DNA of 64,000 bases from the human T2T-CHM13v2.0 reference genome, Homo sapiens (GCF_009914755.1 NC_060929.1); one strand, 5' to 3'. Positions 10,976 through 24,439 are shown, numbered from the stretch's first letter. Notes: generated from the sequence alone by a model not told the origin. Made by a program: numbers and translations.

Positions 10976-13674
10976 TAATTCCCAAGAGAAGACACTTAAA
11001 TGATTCAGTTCTTTTTCAATATCTACAGTGATGGAAAATGGAATCTTCACTCTGCAACTCTTGCTAGCATATTATCTTCCACATTATATAGTTTCTCATG
11101 TCTAGTAAGAAATGTTTGCACTTATTTATCTTATTTATTGACTTAACAGTACTAATTTTTTTCTGTTTCTGAAGCTATTTCACAAGAGCATATCATAGAT
11201 AGTAATCAAATAACTCTTGGATGCTCCTTTATTTGCTTTCAAATGAGTTGAATCAATTTAGTAGAATATTTTTGATGGGTATTTTGTCCCCAAAATGGAG
11301 AAAAAAAGGTCGTTTTTTGTTATTTTCCACGTGAAAAAAATTAACATTAAAAAATGTATCTTCTGCTAAAAGTCACAAACACTTGGTTCCATTTTGAAAT
11401 GCAAATTTGCTACCAATTTGTCACTACCAATTTGTGATGTGTCATCAGGGCCTATATTTCAAGAATGGCATTTTCATTGCCAGCTCTCCCAGACTATCTC
11501 AGTAATCACCACAATTACGCAGAGTTGCAGAAGGATCTATGGAAGACAAGAGGTTCCTACCAGCTGAGGAGTCAGATAAGAAAGTGCTATGCCACTGTAA
11601 TGGTATCCCCAGCATGGAGATATCACAGCATCATGCTGCTCTAGGTGACTCACACTCTTCAGTAATTCAGATTTCTAGGGCCTGACTTTAATGAGGCTCT
11701 TTGTGTATCCATAGGACTTCCCAACAAAGATGTCTTTCAGGGCCCCACTATAACTCAGCTGCACAATGGAAAGAGAAAATTATAAGAAGTCTTGGACACT
11801 GGAAATTTAGACACAAGAAAACCCAAGAGAACATGAGAGAAGAAAATTCTTCCACTTTTCTCTCAGGATGAATGCTTGGTTACTTTGAGAATCAGTACAT
11901 TGTAATGGGATCCAGTGTACTATGAGATCATAGTGAAAGCCAATTGCTAATGATTTTAGTTAAAGATGAACCTCACAGAGAGATGGAATACTTAAAGATC
12001 TCACAGAGACATGGAATACTCAAAGATGTTGAAACATGAGTGGAGAAATGTGTTTTTTAATTTGGGCCCCAAATTAATAGTCATTTATACCTATTTTCAT
12101 GAATGTATCTTCTGCTGGAAGTCACATAAGTACACTTGAGACGAATGTTCAAGTAAGAAACCCCAGCAGTAATTTCCATACCACACAGCATAAATAGGAA
12201 GCACATCATGAGCATACTGGAGCTTTGCAGTCTGCATCCCCAGCTTAACCCTGTGCAACAGGCTGGCCAGCTACCAAGGACTAAACTTAATTTTTACCCT
12301 TGAGTATAAATTAGTCCAGCACAGGACTCCAGACCTGCGGGACTCCAGAGCTTAGCTCAGACTCAGCTTGCCTGAGCCCCACCATGCACTGCAGCCAGGT
12401 CTCTTAAGCCCACCAGCTAATTAAGCTAACTTCCTGAAGGGAGAATTTCAAATGTATGGGAGTTGACATCAGTTAAATACTACTGAGGTGGTAGGCAAGG
12501 AAAGGGCCATATCAACTCTTGAAATCTCATATCATTTCTAATTTTATAAATCTATTAGTAATTCCTACAGGACTGTAAGGCAAGTCTAAGACATGGAAGT
12601 TACATTAAAGCTTTATCTTTTGTTGGAAAAGGCTGTCATATAAAAACATTTTGATTCAGTAAAAAATATTCAACCTAAAACTACTTCAGAAGCATTAGGC
12701 CAGCCCATGCTGAGTATAATTAGATTATTCATTTTGAGAGGAAGCTAAAACACCATTCTGATATTGTCATCTTTTTTGCTTAGTGAGAAATTTAGGAGAA
12801 TTATAGCTGGAACAGAAAAAAATGATATGGATGAGAACCTCAGTAACAAATGAGGCACCTTAAAAATAACCTGAGACATTATTAGGAAATACTAAAGGGT
12901 TCGCAACAAAGTAGGAGTTAGGGGTTTGGGAAAAACAGCAAGTACTCTCCATTGTTAGAACTGCACACTGGTTATCACATGAAAAGTGAGGATGGCTCTT
13001 GGTTCTCATAAGGAAGTAAGAATACATGACCACAATGTTAAAACTGATCAGCAAGAAATCAGAGATCTCTTGTCAACGGGAGTGGAGAATTAAGTGGCAG
13101 CCTATAGAAGCCCCATAGGTGTCATTCCAAATAACATTACATTAGCTGGGAAAAGAACCCAATAAGCCCCTCTACAGAGATGCTGTAAAGAGAGAAGCCT
13201 GGGCACTGAAAGGTAAGGTTAAATATAGCTTACATTTGACAGATTAGAGAAAGGGACAAACCAGTAAATTGAGATGACAAAAAGACAAATTGCACAATGT
13301 TAATGAAAAAGAATCAAAGTTACAGCAGAGCAGCAGTCGGTGGAGCTCTGAAGAAAGATTAGAGATTTATGGTGAATGATCAGCTGAAGATATATGAACA
13401 ATGTTGGCTGCCCTGGCAGATGCTGTACGAAAGATACAGTGGGGTGGATTGTAGCATGGTTGTGCAGGTCTCACCTGAGGGTAAGCTGATGAAAGTAATT
13501 GACACTGAAAAAGTTTAAAGTACTGAGGCACAGAGAAAATATGAAATATATGGTTATATCCAGGCCAGAGGAAAGAATTATGTAAGTGGGTTTTTGCAAT
13601 TCCCCCCACCCTGTCAATATTATCTATAGATAGATGCATTATTTTTCCAATGTATGCACATGGAAGCATGATGA

Positions 13675-14138
13675 TATCAAGAATGATAAAGGATCTGAGA
13701 TTTTACCCAACTTGCAAAATGATAATTTAGCCTGCCACAGTTTCATGGATGCTGCCCGAGGACATGAGACTCCTGGTTCAGAGACAAAAGACATTTTGTT
13801 ACTTCTATAAATAGCTATAGCTTGAGTATCATTTTCCTGTGTCAGTTCCCTAAGCCCTAAGTCCCACAGGGGTGAGGTAATGAGGGCCAGGTGACACGTG
13901 CACATGCAGTAAATTGTTTTTCAGGAGAGGAATTGTCAAGATTCCTCTTGAAGGAAGGAAACTTGAGTCCTCATAGTGGTCTACAAACAAATCTGCACCT
14001 TGCTCCAGAGGGAACACTGTATCTTCAGGGCTTGATTGTTATACCATCACTCTTGAAATAGTCCCTAAAAAAAGTTGCCAATTCTTTTACCTACAAGATG
14101 TTCAGAAACACAACAGACCAATGATGGTCTCTCAACAG
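13675..14138 (-). mobile_element. ERVL-class solo LTR (MER54/MER73/MER74-like)
   Basis: aaaggatctgagattttacccaacttgcaa...ttagcctgccacagtttcatggatgctg...gagactcctggttcagagacaaa; ends tctcaaca. Confidence 0.8.
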
Positions 14139-14142
14139 ATTT

Positions 14143-14144
14143 TA

Positions 14145-14194
<50 letters not shown>
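14143..14194. repeat. (TA)n microsatellite, uninterrupted (TA)22 at 14151-14194
   Basis: direct. Confidence 0.97.
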
Positions 14195-14201
<7 letters not shown>

Positions 14202-14744
14202 GATTCACTGACTACATAGAAATTTTTCATAAGTCTAATTTTTCCATCAGTGAATATAGAAAAGTACAACTGCTAACTTTTATTTCCATCCATGATATTC
14301 TTAGAAACTTATGTCACCCTGTGAGGTGGGCAAGTGTATTGGGCACACTAGTGACTGCTTTGTAAGGCTTGCCATACCCAACATCCCCTTTTAAGCTGAA
14401 ACTGACTCATCCTTAGCCCCTGCCTTTGATAAGCAGTGTCCTGATCCATAACGACCAACAAGAAACTCTTTCTAGAAACATTGGCAATTAGCCAAGAGAA
14501 ATCAACTAAGACCCCCTACAAAATTGGGGCTACCAAGTGCTCAAGAAATAGGCTGGGGAGAAGTGAAAGGAGAAAGATGCAGATACTCAAAAGGCTTTTA
14601 TGAGGAAGGCCGTGTAGTACATGTGAAAGAAATGAAGGGAGTAGCAAGTCCGTGGAGCTACTGCAGACACCCACAGATCTCCTGCTTCAGATCCAGTAAA
14701 GAATGTCTTCTCAGCAACTTCCCCGTTTACTTTCTTTCCTTTTA

Positions 14745-15395
14745 AAAACAATTTATTATAAACAATTTTTATTATAGTTTATGTACAGAAAAGTGTAAAA
14801 ATCACTTTCACAGATGGAACTCACCCCTGTATCCAGCACCCAACCCTCCAGAATCCTCTATCCTATTCCTTTCCTTTTTGCTAACTCCCACCTTTCAGGT
14901 CACTATCCTGTCTCCAGCAACATAGATATGTTTTGCCTATTAGCACGTACTCTTCGGTTATTAGATTTCTCTGTCTCAATATTAAGTTTGTGGGATGCAT
15001 TCACATTGTTGCATGTAGCCTTGGATTATTTGTTCTAATTGCTGTGTAGCATTCCATTTATGAACATGCCACAGTTTATTCTTTATCCATTCTACTACTG
15101 GATGGTCATTTGGATACTCTTCAACTGGGGGTTATTGATAGTGTTGCTATGAGTATTGTAGTATACGTCTTCTGATAAACATGTGAGTGAGTATCTGTTG
15201 AAGTCCATCCATACAGGTGGAATGGCTGGGTCATGTGGTATGCGTATCTTCAGCTTTTACAGATGCTGCCAAAAGTATTTTCAAAGTGATTGTAGCAATT
15301 TGCGCTCCGCAGAAGTGTATGAGAGTTCTGGCAGTTCCACATCCTTGCCAACACTTGATGTTTTCCATCTTTTTTATATTAGCCATCCTAGCAGC
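14745..15395 (-). mobile_element. L1ME-like 3' fragment
   Basis: tccattctactactggatggtcatttgg...ggaatggctgggtcatgtggtatg...ccacatccttgccaacacttg antisense L1 signatures. Confidence 0.85.
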
Positions 15396-15813
15396 TATAA
15401 ACAGCTATTAGTGAGTGTTAAACTCAGTATGCTTTAAATGTGAAACCGTTTTATCTTTCTAGCCCCTGCTCTCAACCACACTGTCAAATCCTATTTTCCC
15501 ATCACTTAATAATATGGTGGGGGAAAAAAATCTCAATTTTTGGGTTTTTCCATTGTTAAAGTGTATTTGGGCTCAGTTTATAATATCAGTCTCTGATTCA
15601 GGGCTCATTCCCTCTTCCAGTCCAGACTAGACCTGTGGCTTAAGAGCCTTAGAATGGAGAGGCACCCATTTACAGACCACCCTCTTCTCCCTTGTCTGGT
15701 TCTAGTTCTAGTTTGGGGGCAGGGAAGGAGTTTTTTTGAAAAGTCTTGCTAATTAGTTGTGTAAGGTCGCAGTCATCTCCGGTTGGTGTGGCTGTTTCTC
15801 TGGCTACAACTGG

Positions 15814-16539
15814 TGTGGTATAATGGGGAATATTTCTTTTCTTTGTCCCCAGTTCCTGGCAGTTTCACAAATCCTTGGAATTTCCTGAGTGATAGGATAT
15901 CTGTTATGCTAATGAGGTGACACTGATGGATCCCTAGATAGCTTTGGGATAAGAGATCTGGTCACCAGAGAGACCAACCGCATGGCTACGGAAATGGAAC
16001 TTTAGACCACCTGACCTCCAGGGAAGGTGAGAGGAGCTAGAGATTGAGTTAAATCACTTGGCCAATGACTTAAGCAATTATGTCTAGTAATGAAACTCCA
16101 ATAAGAAATCTGGACACCGATGCATAGTGGAGCTTCCTAATTGGTAAACACACATTAATGTGCCCAACATAAATAGGTATAGCTAGGGTATCATCATGTG
16201 CCTGGAGGGTGATATGTCCTGACTATACTTTCTCTCAGAATTTACCCTGTGTGTATCCTTTCTAATAAGACTGTAATGGTAAGTACGACCCTTTAGTTCT
16301 GTGAGACATTCTAGTAAGTTATCAAACCTGAGAGTGTTGTGAGAACCTAATTTGTAACTAGTTGATAAAAAATGTGAGTAGCCTGGGGACCCCATGTGCA
16401 GCTGACATCTGAAGTAAGTCTTCTTGGGGACCGTATCCTCAAACCTGTGGATTCTGATACTAACTCCAGGTGGTTAGCATCGGAACTGAATTGCAGTGCA
16501 TCCCAGTTGGGGTAGAAATGGAAGAACAGGTTTGTCACA
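15814..16539 (+). mobile_element. MER21 (MER21B/C-like) ERVL solo LTR
   Basis: ctttgtccccagttcctggca...ccttggaatttcctgagtgatagg...ctggtcaccagagagaccaacc...gagctagagattgagttaaatcac...aactccaggtggttagcatcggaactgaattg; TG...CA ends. Confidence 0.88.
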
Positions 16540-17989
16540 GTTGTCTCCATGGTCAGTGTCTAGAGGCTGGCTCTGTCGTGGAGTTGCACAGTGAATTCTA
16601 CAGAAGACTGGGAGGACTTTTTGTGACATGAAAGGCCTAGCTCCAGCCTGGCCACTTTCAGCTCTCAGCACGACTGGTCTCATTAGCACTTTGCTGCTGG
16701 AATGCCCTGGACAGCAGGCAATCCTCTTAGATAGGAGACTGAAAATACGGGTCAAGTCCAGCTCCCTTCTGCTGTGTGTCCCTGAGACCCCCAGGAACCT
16801 CACATGACAGGGGGAGGGTAGAGAGCTTCACCAATGCCCCCTCCTCCCACCTGGCATCTCTCTCCAAGTCTTTTTGTCCTGTTATGATGGCATGAAGGTG
16901 GGGTATCCAGCCCCCTCAGTAAGTAAATGTCCCATCTGGGATATGAAATGCCAGCTACCCCTTCCTGTAGGTACACCAAAGACTCTAAAAATGATTCTCT
17001 TGGGGCTCTCTCCTACTCCCCACTTAAGAAATTCATTCCCCCTGTTAAACACTCATGCCTTATAAAATGTAGGTTCCCAGCAAACTCTCTCTTCCCAGTC
17101 TGTTTTATGGGCCAGGGAGGGATTCTTGACTGGTGTTAATAGGACTTGCCCTGCCAGCTATTGGTAAAACCTGCAGGGAGATGCCTATCTCTCACTAGAA
17201 TGTACGACATTCACTTAGAACCTCTAGTTTTCAGCTTTAAGCTTCTGCCACTTTTCCTGGACCAAGAGTCCTTTTATGAATTCACAAACACTGAACAGGC
17301 CAGATCAATCAGCAAATATATTTTAAGCAACTATTTTATGCACTAGGCTATGGAATGGAAATGGAAATGAATCATAGGATTAGTGGTGAGGGACCTCAGT
17401 AGATTAAGGGAGGTTAAATATCTGTAATAAGAGATAGAGTTGGAAATTGTAGATGAGAGAGAGAATTGGTCCTCACAGGGGACCAGATGTGGTTCTATGT
17501 TGGCAGTTTATAGTTTCCTTTCCCCACTTCCCTCATTGTAGAAGCACTAATTACAGGCAGGGGAAGGTGAACTGTGCATAACTAAATTGGATTATTTTTA
17601 TTGTTTCCACAGGAACCACACCATGCGGGGAATGTTTGTTCAGGGAATATGCTGTGTTTGTGTTCATTTCATCCAATTGTCCACAAGAGTGATTGAATTT
17701 TGTGTTCTATAACTTTAATACCATGAAATATGCTTGAAGTATATTGGTTCTAAACAGGATATGAATTTCAAAACTCCTGAGCTATCCCTTTGCACTGTCC
17801 TCCCTTGTACTTGTGTTGTCAATATTTTGTTATCTTCCCTCTTGCCCTTCCATTCAGCTTTTAAAAAATATAAAAATGTGAAGGCCATCTTCAAAGCCCT
17901 GCTGTTGGATCTGAGGCCTTTGCTTTTCTGGCTTGTGGTCATTACCCTGATAAGGAGAATAATTGATGGTGCTGAAAGGGGATGGGACA

Positions 17990-18243
17990 GCAAGCAGTAG
18001 AATGTCCTGGTTGGGAGCTCAGGCTTAACCTGAGCTCACATTCAGGTGCCACCACTTAGCAGCTCTGTTACCTGGGGAAGTTGCTTACACTTCCTGCACC
18101 TCCATTTTATTATTTGTATAATGGCAATAAAAATACTACCTCCCTAACAGGACTTTTGGGAGGATTAGATGAGAAAATGCTTGTAAATCCCTTAGGACAG
18201 TGTCTGACCCATAATAGGGCTTAATAAATATGCCATGTTATTC
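17990..18243 (+). mobile_element. MIR SINE (near full length)
   Basis: ccaccacttagcagctctgttacctggggaagttgcttacac...gaggattagatgagaaaatgcttgtaaa...taataaatat. Confidence 0.88.
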
Positions 18244-18741
18244 TGAAGAATGGGGTAGGGTGGGGAGAAGGAATGTTCTTAGTAAATGTGTACAGAGTCA
18301 CTATGAATTTTATAAGCGCTATAGCATTTTTTTGCAGACTGTGCTGTCTCCAGGAGGGATCTATAGCTTTTCATTAGGTTGGAGGGCCTTCTCAGTGAAG
18401 AAGGAAATTATCTCATCAGGGTTCATGTTCTGTGGTTGCAGTGCCTGCTGATGTTGATTTAGCTCACTTACAAAGCCACACACCATGAAGTAGCGTTCAT
18501 CGCCCTCTGCATTAGCTTATTAATCCTCGGGTTATTCCTCTATGGTTGAAGGGCATATTTGCTTTCCAGTGGAGGCACCAGGAGGTAAAATAATGTGCCC
18601 CAACTGGGACGGAAAGAGACTGGTTGAACCAGCTCTGTTTCTCCCTCAGCCCACCATGGTTGGAGGTCCCATTTGCACTGAGGACTTTTTAATCCCTAAA
18701 ATTGATGACTTAATTGTAGGTGTTTTATTTGCTAAGTGAGA

Positions 18742-18928
18742 AAGAGGCAGTGGGGGATTATAGAGTATAAACTTGACCAGTAATCACTTTGGATTTGAGT
18801 CCCTTTCCTGCCCTCTCTGCTATTCAACTGGGTGCAATTAATCACATTTCATTCCCACATCTATACAATGCAAGATCAGATGTGAGCAATCCTCAAGTCC
18901 CCTTCCAGTGCAAACGCTGCATGTATTC
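18742..18928 (+). mobile_element. MIR3/MIRc-like SINE
   Basis: gaggcagtg...ggatttgagtccc...cacatctatacaatg...caagtccccttccagtgcaaac. Confidence 0.6.
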
Positions 18929-19812
18929 AAGATTTCGGAGAAGGGAGACTACTATTAATGACCCTAGTATCTTATTAAAGTAGAAGAGATTTTAATGTTA
19001 GCACTTTCTGCTTTATAACTAAGTAACATGTAGCAAGTTTTGCCCCTTCAGCAAGTTAGTCAAGCTCTGCTCTGGGCATCTTCGGACCCAAAGGAAGCAC
19101 AAGGCAAGTGATCAGAGGGTGTCCTGACTGCACCAAGGCTGAGGATCCTGCCCTGGGCCCACCCTGACCCTCTTGGCTTTTTCCTGATGCTGTGGGTGGG
19201 GCTGCTTCATGCAGAGCTTCCTGGCAGCTGCTGTTTTTGGAACCTGTTTCTATGGGTTGCCAAAGACAGTGAGCTCATGGCATGGCTGTCTGGCCCAGCA
19301 TTCGGCTCCAGGATCTCCTTTCTGCGAAGGCCCCTCTCCGTTCTCCTCCCAGGCAAATGTACAGCTGGCTTTGGTTGCATCTAACTGTAGTATGATCACT
19401 CAACTTTTCTCCGAAAATGTCAGGGGCTCAGTGCTACCCTCCTCAGCATAGATAGGTGCACCCTGACAATGTCTGTGGTTGTCTCTGAGTTGCTCATGGT
19501 AATATGCCACTGTCTCTCATGAGTCTATCATATAAGGGAGAAGCCCAAGGAAGCCAGTGATTCGCAAGTCTGTATCCATTGTCCCAAAATGCTACTTTCC
19601 CTGGGCTTTGGCTTTGGGTTTCTGGGGAGAAGTCCTGGGATCATTCTTTAGATTTTAGATTTTAGAACCTGGGTCCTTTTCCCTCATAGCTCATTGCAAA
19701 AGGAAGGTACATTCTAATTTCCCTGACCTCCTGACAGCCATCTTTTCTGTGAGACCATATACTTGGCTCTTCAGGCCAGAAAGATCCGTTTCTGATGGGG
19801 AAAGAGAATGAG

Positions 19813-20000
19813 GATAATAGTACTAAGAGCTACTATTTGTTTGAGCATCGTGTAGATTGAGCACTTTATGGGTCAAGCACTCCTAATAATGTTATCGCCA
19901 TCTTAGAGATATTGGGCCTGGAGAAATGACCTTGGGGCCACAAAGCTTGTAAGTAGGAAAACTGGAATTTAAATTAGGCTGAGTCTAGCTCCAAAGCCAA
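19813..20000 (-). mobile_element. MIR SINE
   Basis: gctactatttgtttgagc...aaatgaccttggggccacaaagcttgtaagtagg...ggaatttaaattaggct...ctccaaagcc. Confidence 0.75.
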
Positions 20001-20399
20001 GGAGGAAGCTACCAATGACAGGGGCTGATGCTTACAGGGCAGCAAGCCTCTGTAGCCCAGGAAACCACAGGGACTCTTGTTGTATAAACAATCAGTGCTC
20101 TTACAGAGATTGCCGCAGTGCCCTCTCCTGCGTCTGTCCACTTACTCAGGCAGTTGTCTCTGAAAGCGCTCACCAAGCTCCTGTTTGAGGTGATCTGAGG
20201 GTGGTGAGCCCTGCCCAGTGCTGGAGAATGAAAGAGGCCTGCAAATAAAGCTTCTGCTCTTCGGTAGGAAGTGCTCCTTCATCATCCAAAGTGGTCCCCA
20301 CCACAAGCTGCAGGGAAACCCTGCAGAGCTGGAGCCAAATGTTCTACAGAAGTACCAGATTTGTGGCACCCACTCTGGTCCAACCTCCACTTCCCAATG

Positions 20400-20870
20400 T
20401 TAGATTATTGCATATATTGTATATATTCCATATACATGTGTATATATAATAAAGTGTGTATATTCTAAGTATGGAGCTTGAGGACTTTTTTTCCCCACAA
20501 ATTGAACACACTTGTACTAACCAGCATCCAGCCTGAGAAACAAAACATTAACACTACTCAGAAGCCCCTCTGTGCTCCCCATCCACAAAAATGATCACTA
20601 TCTTGACTTCCATCACCATAATTAGCTTTGGTTGTTCTTATGCTTTCTAAGTACACTGTAATAAAGTAAGCTAATACCTATGTGTGCTTCTGATTTCTGT
20701 ACACACTATCGTATTTGTGGAAGGCATCCAAGGTATTGCACCGAGCTGTATATCATTCATTCTCCTTGCTATCAGTCTCCTTGCTGTTTGTGTGAAAATA
20801 GAAATTTTTATTTATCCATTCTTCAGCTGATGCACACAAGGGTTTCCATTTTGTGGTACTATGAGTAGTC
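20400..20870 (-). mobile_element. L1ME-like 3' UTR fragment
   Basis: aattgaacacacttgtactaaccagcatccag...cagaagcccctctgtgctcccc...cactatcttgacttccatcaccataattag. Confidence 0.75.
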
Positions 20871-21759
20871 ATATACCTTCATTTTAAAAATGTTTTTGAT
20901 GAAGTGTCACCCTAGGTGCTGAGTAATTAGGACTTGAGAATGATTGCCTCTGTCCTGGATTAAGTTGGACTTAGCTAGGGGACATTCCTGGATGCTTCGA
21001 GTTAGCAGGTAAAGTCAGTGAGTCCTAGGAAGCCTATGATGCCAACTTTATTTCACATAACTACTGTCCGCATTGAGAAGCCTAGGTGGGAAGGAATATG
21101 GGTCAGCTCATGCCATGAGATGCTACTAAAAACTCATGGGAGCACTGTGTCTTCTGGGGGCCAAGAATCGTGTTGGTCTCTGCCCCACAGGGAAGTCTAC
21201 ATTACAACCAGAAGTCTTCGAGACAATTAGGAACAGTATAATTAATGGCCTAGATCACTCAAATTTCATGACACAGTCGGAAGACGGGAATCTTGGGGTC
21301 TGTAGATTACATTTTGAGGTAAAACTCTATAACCACAAATTCAATGTTGTTCTCTACAGTAAACATTTCAGGGAAGTCTTGGCTGAAGGCAACCTTGAAT
21401 GGCCAGCATTTTAAACTATATGTTTTAAGTCATGGCATGGTTTGTAAGTAAGAACCATGTACAAATGACGTTCTAAAGGTCATTAGTCTGGAAAATATCC
21501 AGTTGCATACCTGGTCATGTTCAGAAAACCAAAGGAAACCGACTGAACTGGAGAACCTGATAGTAACAGAGTATCAGGAAGAGCACTATAAACACCCAGG
21601 CCCCAGGAAGCCTAATCATATCTGAATCATACAGGTAACTATGTGAAACAGAACTACAGATTCAAAACTATTGCAATCTAATAAGTTTCCTCTTTCATTG
21701 CTCTTTACCTCTTTCCAAAAATTGGTAATAAAAAATTTCTGACCTAATGGCATTAAAGA

Positions 21760-22085
21760 TTTGCTGATTCTTAAGTAACACATGATCATTTTAGAAAAAT
21801 TGGATTATCAGAAGTTCATGGAGGAAAATAAACACCCAGAATCCCATCATTCACACTTAGCCCGTGTTAACATTTTGTATGTTTTTTCTACCTATATTTA
21901 TCTTTGTTTCACTTAGCCTAACTGGGTTCATACTGTATGCCAGCAGTTCAAATCCTCTTAAGTTTTATGTCGTGAAGATTTTCACATGTTTAAATAGACT
22001 TCGAAAGCATTACTTTACTTTTATCTATTAGTGTATCAGATGCATGTGTCCAATTTGTTTAACTTCCTCCTACCCCATTTTATAG
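21760..22085 (-). mobile_element. very old L1ME (L1ME3/4-like) 3' end
   Basis: catgatcattttagaaaaattgg...gaatcccatcattcac...gttaacattttgtatg. Confidence 0.55.
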
Positions 22086-24439
22086 ATATTATCTACCTTG
22101 CTGCATTGCTGGGCTCTACCTTATCAGTTAGATTCTCCCCCAAGTTATAATTTAAACATATGCAAATTATCCTCATTAGTAAATACAGAATACAGCTATA
22201 TGCTTCTTTCCTGTTTTTCTCCTGTGGGAGGCAAATTGTGATTTATGGCCTTTTCTTTAGCAAACATGTCTGTTCACAATTGTGTTAATGTTCTCAGTCG
22301 AGAAGCCTAGGAATTTACTACCCAGAATCATGTCTGCCAGGAGGGAGCTCAGGGGACTGGAATCCTTAGGGGCTGGAGGCACTGCCTCAGTTCTCCTCTC
22401 CACACTCAAGCCTGTGCATCTCTCACAGAAGACCAAACACAGCCACATTCTGTGTGCAATTGACAGTGTGGCATAGCCTTAAGTGCACTGAATGATCCTG
22501 CAATATTAACCATCTGAGCCTCTTTCCCCAAGCCAATTGCCCCTCTCACCCAATATCCAGGGAGTCTACTTCCTTCCTACATCCCACAGACCAAACATGT
22601 GAAACTGATATCCAGCTTACAGTGAGTTCCAGGGAGGCACAGGCAGGTTATCGGAGCCAGCAGCTACCCTGAGAGAGGAAGGAAACTGACTTCATAGGAA
22701 GGTGGAGTGGGGCTCCCTCCAGGATCAGAGAGGGGGGTCCAACTCGGCTCCAGCAGCCTGTGCTATTCACGGGCCAGGACACAATTGCCTAGAGGATACA
22801 GCCTAGTCCTGGTGAAGTCTGAATGACCTCCATTAATCCATCTAGGGCTTTATAGTTGTTCAGTTCCCTCAGAGACACTGTCACATTCAGGGAGGGCAAG
22901 ACTCAGAAGTCACTCATTGTATACACTCACGCACACATGCCCCAGCCTGGCAAAGACGTGGTCCTTGACCTTCAGACAGGCAGAAGGCAGTAAGAGCTCA
23001 ACTACTCCTCCCAGCAGAAGTGAATAGTCTCCAGGTGTCTGTGTCCTTTCCTCAGTGCACAAAGCCACATCAGCTCAGCCAGGGCTACTTTCCCCCCCTT
23101 GCTTCCCTTCCAGTTGCCTCTTTCAGCTAGGTTAGCATTGGCCTCTTCTTACCCTCCCTGCAGGATTGCTCCTGTTTGTGCAGGAACATTCCTGCCACCT
23201 GGAGTCATCTCTCTGTATCTTTCCTCTTTGTTTCATTTCTGTTCACGGCAGAACGCCACAATTTTCTCTTTCTGTTAATAAAAATTAAGCAATCAATTTC
23301 CTTCCCCTCCATTACACCTAATTCCCTCTGTAACTCAATTATTATTGCAACTCTGGCAAGTGCTTCCCGAGGCAGATGGCAGGAAAGACACGTTGCCAAA
23401 ATAAAGGGCATTGTGTGCAGAGGAATATTGTTTACATGGAGGTGATGACACTTCCCTTCCAAGGATAGGTTATTTTTCTAAAATCAAATTCATGTAACTA
23501 TTAATGTAATAAGTTTATTCAAATGTTGCCAAGGTTAATATAAGCACATGTAACAAAGTATAGGAACCACTAAAAATGCTTCCTATATATTCCTTTTTCA
23601 GGGGTTATGGCAAGTTAGGATAAATCTATTACACGAGTTTTTATTCACAATAAATGCAATAAATGCACTGCCTTTTGAGTTCTAAAATACCTGATTTATA
23701 AAGGTGTTCCAGGTTCTTGTATTGTCATAGTGCAGAGCAATGGAGGAAGATTGAGAGTATGGTCCTTTGCATTTAAACTGGGACCCAGTGTCATGACGAA
23801 CTCCAGTTGATGGATTGATTGCCAATGACTGCCTAAGCTGGGGTGGGAGACAGATGAGAGAAGAGGACCAGAGTCCTAATATTCCTGACTCCTGGGGACA
23901 GCCAGAAAGAGGGTAAGGGGTATCATCCCCAGGTAGTCTTCCTGCCCAAAGGTGAGGCTCTGCAGAGCTTCACTGGGCTATTTCTGTACTGTATTGGATA
24001 GGACTATAAAATGGAGAGGCTGTTTTCCATAGGACGGCTATAAAACCAGTCTTATTTCATGATTTCATTACATTTATAACACTTTCTGCTTTGTTTACAG
24101 AACTACCTTCATTTCTCCTTATTCTTGCCATCCTGTGTCACAGATTCTAGCAATTTGGTTCTCCCAGAAAACAGGGTGGTTGTTGAACTATGGATCTCAG
24201 AACCAAGACTTGCCATTGTAGGGGTTTGATACCACAAGTCTCTGCATTTAAGAAAACCTGGACATCTGCATCCATTAATTTCCAGAGTAGATGTGAGCTT
24301 ATCAGGACACATGAAACTGGAGTGTCTGGCCAGGATTTTCCTTCTCTTTCTGAAATAAGTTGGATAAGAATTACATAAGTGATTAATAGAAATGTGAAAA
24401 GAGTGTTTCCTTTGTACAATACTTTTACAACATTTCGAT

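Noticed and set aside
11972-12027. 28-bp direct repeats (and 23-37 bp repeats elsewhere) superficially CRISPR-like in size
   Set aside because: Two adjacent copies with no spacers, in a eukaryotic context; simple tandem duplications
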